A stretch of 64,000 bases of DNA, taken from Eutreptiella sp. 'Long Island Sound 2002'. Its lineage: Eukaryota; Protista; Euglenida. The notes under the pieces were generated by a model that saw nothing but the letters and a program-made list of their open reading frames with translations, was not told the origin of the DNA and did not search any database. Position numbers and translations under genes: made by a program. The stretch lies in assembly GCA_964036045.1 (NCBI GenBank), contig OZ038378.1, positions 174,344,001 through 174,408,000 on the forward strand, given 5' to 3'. Positions 60,408-64,000 of the stretch are shown here, one piece after another (the stretch's first letter is position 1; each line of letters opens with the position of its first letter).

Positions 60408-62572
60408 ATGTCGAAACATGTGTTGGAGATGCGAACTGTTGTGAATGAGACGGACTTGAGCCGACTAGCCGGCAAATGGTTTGCATTCATGCGGGATCTG
60501 GAAAAGAAGACGGTTGCGGAAGTGTATGTTGCTGCATATCTGCACGCTTACCGTTGCGCCAACTTGTGGTTTGTGCTTCATTGATCAATGGCATCGTGGT
60601 GTGGCTCGTCCGTAATTCTCTCCCTCACCTTCTCCGTTAGTGAGCTGCTTTCACAAGGAGGTGCTTCCGGCTTTCGTGGAGCTTTTCGCTTGCAACATGT
60701 TTGCACCAACTCGATGAGGCTTTTCTCTTCGCACACATGTGTCTGTTAGTGAGACGAGCTACGAGGAGATGATTAACGAAATTGATCTATTTGAGTTCAA
60801 CCTCTCACAAAATGGGATACGGGTCCAAACCGCGGAACATGACGTGCACAAATTGAAGGAGCAAGAGTCCGTTTTGGGTATAATGTTTTCGCATACCTTC
60901 ATGTCGATGTTGCTTCGTTTGCGTGCTTGCCATGTTTGCGACGCCAAGTATTCTTCACTCGCACGTAGCAAACAATTTCAATCGACGGCAGGTGGTTCCT
61001 TTGTGCGGGTTGGGAAAGTGATTGGGAGGAACACCCTATGTTGGAGCGGGGTGTATTTGGATCCTCGGCGCCCACGTTAGGTTTTTTAACGCGCTCTTCC
61101 AACCTTCCCCCTCCCCTCAGATACCGAGGCCTTGTGCCAAACCCCCCCCCCCTGCGCAAGCACCGCCTTGTCCAAGCACCAGGACCCGGTCTGACCGTCA
61201 CTTTTGCCTAGTTTTCTGACCACAGCTTTTACGGTCACAAAGTAGGAAAAGCATGATTGTGTGCCGATTGTAGAGGGAAAGATGGGCTGTTTCATGCGTG
61301 TGATGAGTCCTCCTGCTCATAACAACATTGTGCTTGGTACTGCACCCCACTGCGCTTTGTTTTAGTGTGATTTCTTTTGGTACCCTGCGTCGCGCGGTTG
61401 CACCGCCTTGTCTAAGCACCAGGACCTGGTCTGACCGTCACTTTCCTGACCGGGCTGGTGCTTGCGCAAGGGGGGGGGTGGGGTACTAGAGTGTCGGCTT
61501 CCTTTTCGGATCGTACAGGAAAGGAAATCGCACAAGGTGGTGGCAAAATCGTTGCGTTAAAAGACTCATTAGTCCAAGAGAGACAAGAACGGAAGCATCA
61601 AGAGGAATATGATGCCATAGCAGCAACGATCCTTCAACATCATGTATGTTGAGGTGAAGCTTGGATTGCGTTTTATCGGACGTTGCAATGAGCGCAAAAC
61701 GATAATTCCCTTGTGTTTCTGAAAGCGTTTGTTATCTTCATCAGGATCGTGCTACGCTCGCCAAGGAGGTTGATTCGTTGCAAAAGGACATTGGTGTGCA
61801 CTCATCTTTCAACGCTCCCCGCAGTGTAGTGAGATAACACGGAAAGTGATTGGTGTCTAAATTGGATGTTTGTTGATGTAAATGACATGATGCTGTTTGA
61901 TGAAGTCGGGCGGACAAGGACGACGGAGGGAGGGGGGCGATCACGTAGTAGCGGCTTACCGACACCTAAGAGCACCCCATGGGCGTCAACTACAAGCTCC
62001 ATCAAAGTTCAATGCCTTGCTTGCATGGTGCATTTCCCAAGGATCACCACATGATCACATGATCACGACAATCCATGAGGTATACAGGGTTTGGAATTGG
62101 GCAAAGATGCACCCCCTGAAGATTGTGGGTGCATTGCGTTACTCCTTTGCAATCCGGCTAATCCCCCTGTGAGTAAGGAAACCCCTATCCGCACTTCGCA
62201 CTGCGTGATCGGAATTTCATGATTTATGATTTCGAGCATGAAGATGCCCCCCCTCCAAACTGTTGGGAACTAGTTTCGTGGCCTCACCGCTCCCGTATGG
62301 CCAACAAACCGTATGTCATCTCGCTTTCAACGCAACAATGGCCGGGTTTGGGTCCATCAGAGCACCCCCATACCCGCCGTTTGCTAAATTAGGGTCCACC
62401 CTCGCAGCCTCTGTTGCTTCCATTATCAGCGCAAGAAGAGCAAGACAAATCCAGACAAGACCGGATGCTAGAAATGCGGAGCAAACAATTTCAATTACTA
62501 CTGACCACCATTGAAGACTTAGAAGAGGAACTTGTGGGCGAAAAGGATGACGCCGAGGATGGTTTGTCATAG
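60408..62572 (+). CDS. THOC7: THO complex subunit 7 (Mft1 family), 186 aa; exons 60408-60523, 60750-60877, 61519-61643, 61745-61793, 62430-62572
   Basis: Five exons join in frame through GT-AG introns (561 nt). The product contains ETSYEEMINEIDLFEFNL, RQERKHQEEYDAIAATILQHHDRATLAKEVDSL and LEMRSKQFQLLLTTIEDLE, recognisably matching THOC7 (RKNRQEYDALAKVIQHHPDR...LELRRKQFHVLLSTIHEL). Confidence 0.9.
61148..61474. mobile_element. MITE inside THOC7 intron 2
   Basis: TIRs cccc(c/t)tgcgcaagcacc / ggtgcttgcgcaagggg; subterminal duplicated gcaccgccttgtc(c/t)aagcaccaggacc.ggtctgaccgtcactt. Confidence 0.75.
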
Positions 62573-64000
62573 CTTTAATGAATAGTTTTTGGAGCCAATC
62601 CGCATGGTGTTTGGTTAATGACTATCGAACGCTACCATGCTCGTCATAGAGCCGTCCAGCTCGTGTTGTGTTGATACGCTTGACCACCGACTGCACGGAA
62701 GCCATGTACATTCCGCGATCGTGTTGCATTGTGCTGATTGTGTGTTTGTTTCCTTTCATTTGTCATAGATGCGATGCAAACGTGAAGCGGATTCCGAGCG
62801 GGACCCAGAGTTGCATGAAGTGCGCGTTATACGTTTGCCCAATCACCCGTCATAACAGCGAGGGCTCGGCATCCTTGCATTGGTTTTACGGTTTCGGGGA
62901 ACAAGGGAGGGTGAATCTTGTTTCGCTTTTGTTTCGACCTCCAACACTTCTTTGAATCCCAACATAATATATCATTAGATGTATCTTCGTTGGGTTTGCT
63001 TCGATCGTCGTTGGGTTTGGTTTGCCCATGGCTAGTGCGATCAACCATCCGCTGTGCGCTCCTTGGGATGTGTGCATCGTGGTCAGCATTTGTTGTTGTC
63101 GTGGCTGCTTGGGACATATGGGTTTGGAAGTAGCACGTGTGCGTTACGGCGTGAACTGTAAAACGACGACGGAATGAACAGTAGCTGACTAGGGCATTTT
63201 TTTTCGATGTGGTAGTTTCATTTCTAGGGATTGCGGGGACGGGTGTGGAAGGGCATGTTTGACAACAGAATTCTGCTTGGGCGTAGGCGTAGGTTTGTTT
63301 TTGGTTGCCAGCCCTGGATTGGGGGCCCTGACTACAAAATAATTCATTCCACTCTCGAAACAAGCTGAGTGACGCAGAGCGGTTCCGGCTTGGCCCCCTC
63401 GTGGTCTAAACAAAGCACAGTTCCAGTGGTCCGAAAAGGATCGAATCAGTTCTCACAATTGGAAACTTTGTTTTAGAGTTCTGATTGCGTTCTGAAATGT
63501 GGCGTGAATCCCAACGTTGGGAGAATTATTTCCGAGGACAAAGATGCAGTGTAATGTTAAGATTGCAGATTTGCAAACCAAATAGGGACGGAAGTTCCAA
63601 CCGACTCCCGCATGCTCACGCTTCTCGTAGAGTTTCGGGTTCTGATGCCTTGGGTTCCATGACGCCCATAGCCCTAAGGTGACGTCATTGTTGCTTCTCT
63701 GCATTGTGATTCTCCAAAGGCGTTACTCTAACGACCTAACCCTCTTTGTAGTCGGCTGCTAACGACATCTCTTGACAAAAGTGTTCACCCAGCCCTTCTG
63801 GTTGCTTGCTCTGGACGTGCCCTGAGTTACGAATGTCATTAGGCAGAGGGGCATGCCGTGGGGGTTCTGCAGTGCAGCGCGGTGCACTGCGCCGTGTGGT
63901 CGCCTCCCATCCGAACATGAGCCGTGTGCATCTTGTCACCCTGAGGCCCTTTGACACAACCCTGGCATTTCCTTTCAGTTCGTTTCGCGCTTCCCAAGAT

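Noticed and set aside
61897-62172. MITTIHE-containing ORF as the last THOC7 exon
   Set aside because: Exon 62430-62572 has a clean acceptor, the correct phase and a much better match (LEMRSKQFQLLLTTIEDLE).
62316-62570. Minus-strand membrane-protein ORF
   Set aside because: It is the antisense shadow of THOC7 exon 5.
62600-64000. Exons of a further gene at the window end
   Set aside because: No ORF with recognisable homology or a consistent splice phase could be assembled.

Overview
Eukaryotic nuclear DNA (~50% GC, very rich in poly-G/poly-C runs); the taxon cannot be fixed from the sequence. Three host genes can be reconstructed. (1) A 3-exon nucleotide-sugar/TPT-family transporter (16130-20612, minus, 325 aa). 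(2) An intronless C2 + pseudokinase + RING protein (50587-52848, minus, 753 aa). (3) A 5-exon THOC7 homolog (60408-62572, plus, 186 aa). All reconstructed introns are GT-AG. Most of the remainder is nested mobile DNA. Two young non-autonomous LTR elements (2170-4916 and 7968-10371) lack a tRNA-type primer-binding site; instead their PBS is complementary to a segment of their own LTR, the signature of Tf1-like self-priming, and they share an 11-nt PPT. A dispersed non-autonomous element carrying ~195-bp internal tandem repeats hosts three non-LTR retrotransposon insertions. Two of these diverged LINEs sit at the same position of the repeat unit. One of them starts exactly with an HDV-ribozyme-like fold and has no recognisable endonuclease. 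MITEs, integrase and DIRS remnants, a tRNA-derived segment and microsatellites are also present. Most ORFs in the supplied track are shadow ORFs of GC-rich or repetitive DNA. All coordinates, alignments and folds were read by eye and not computed.
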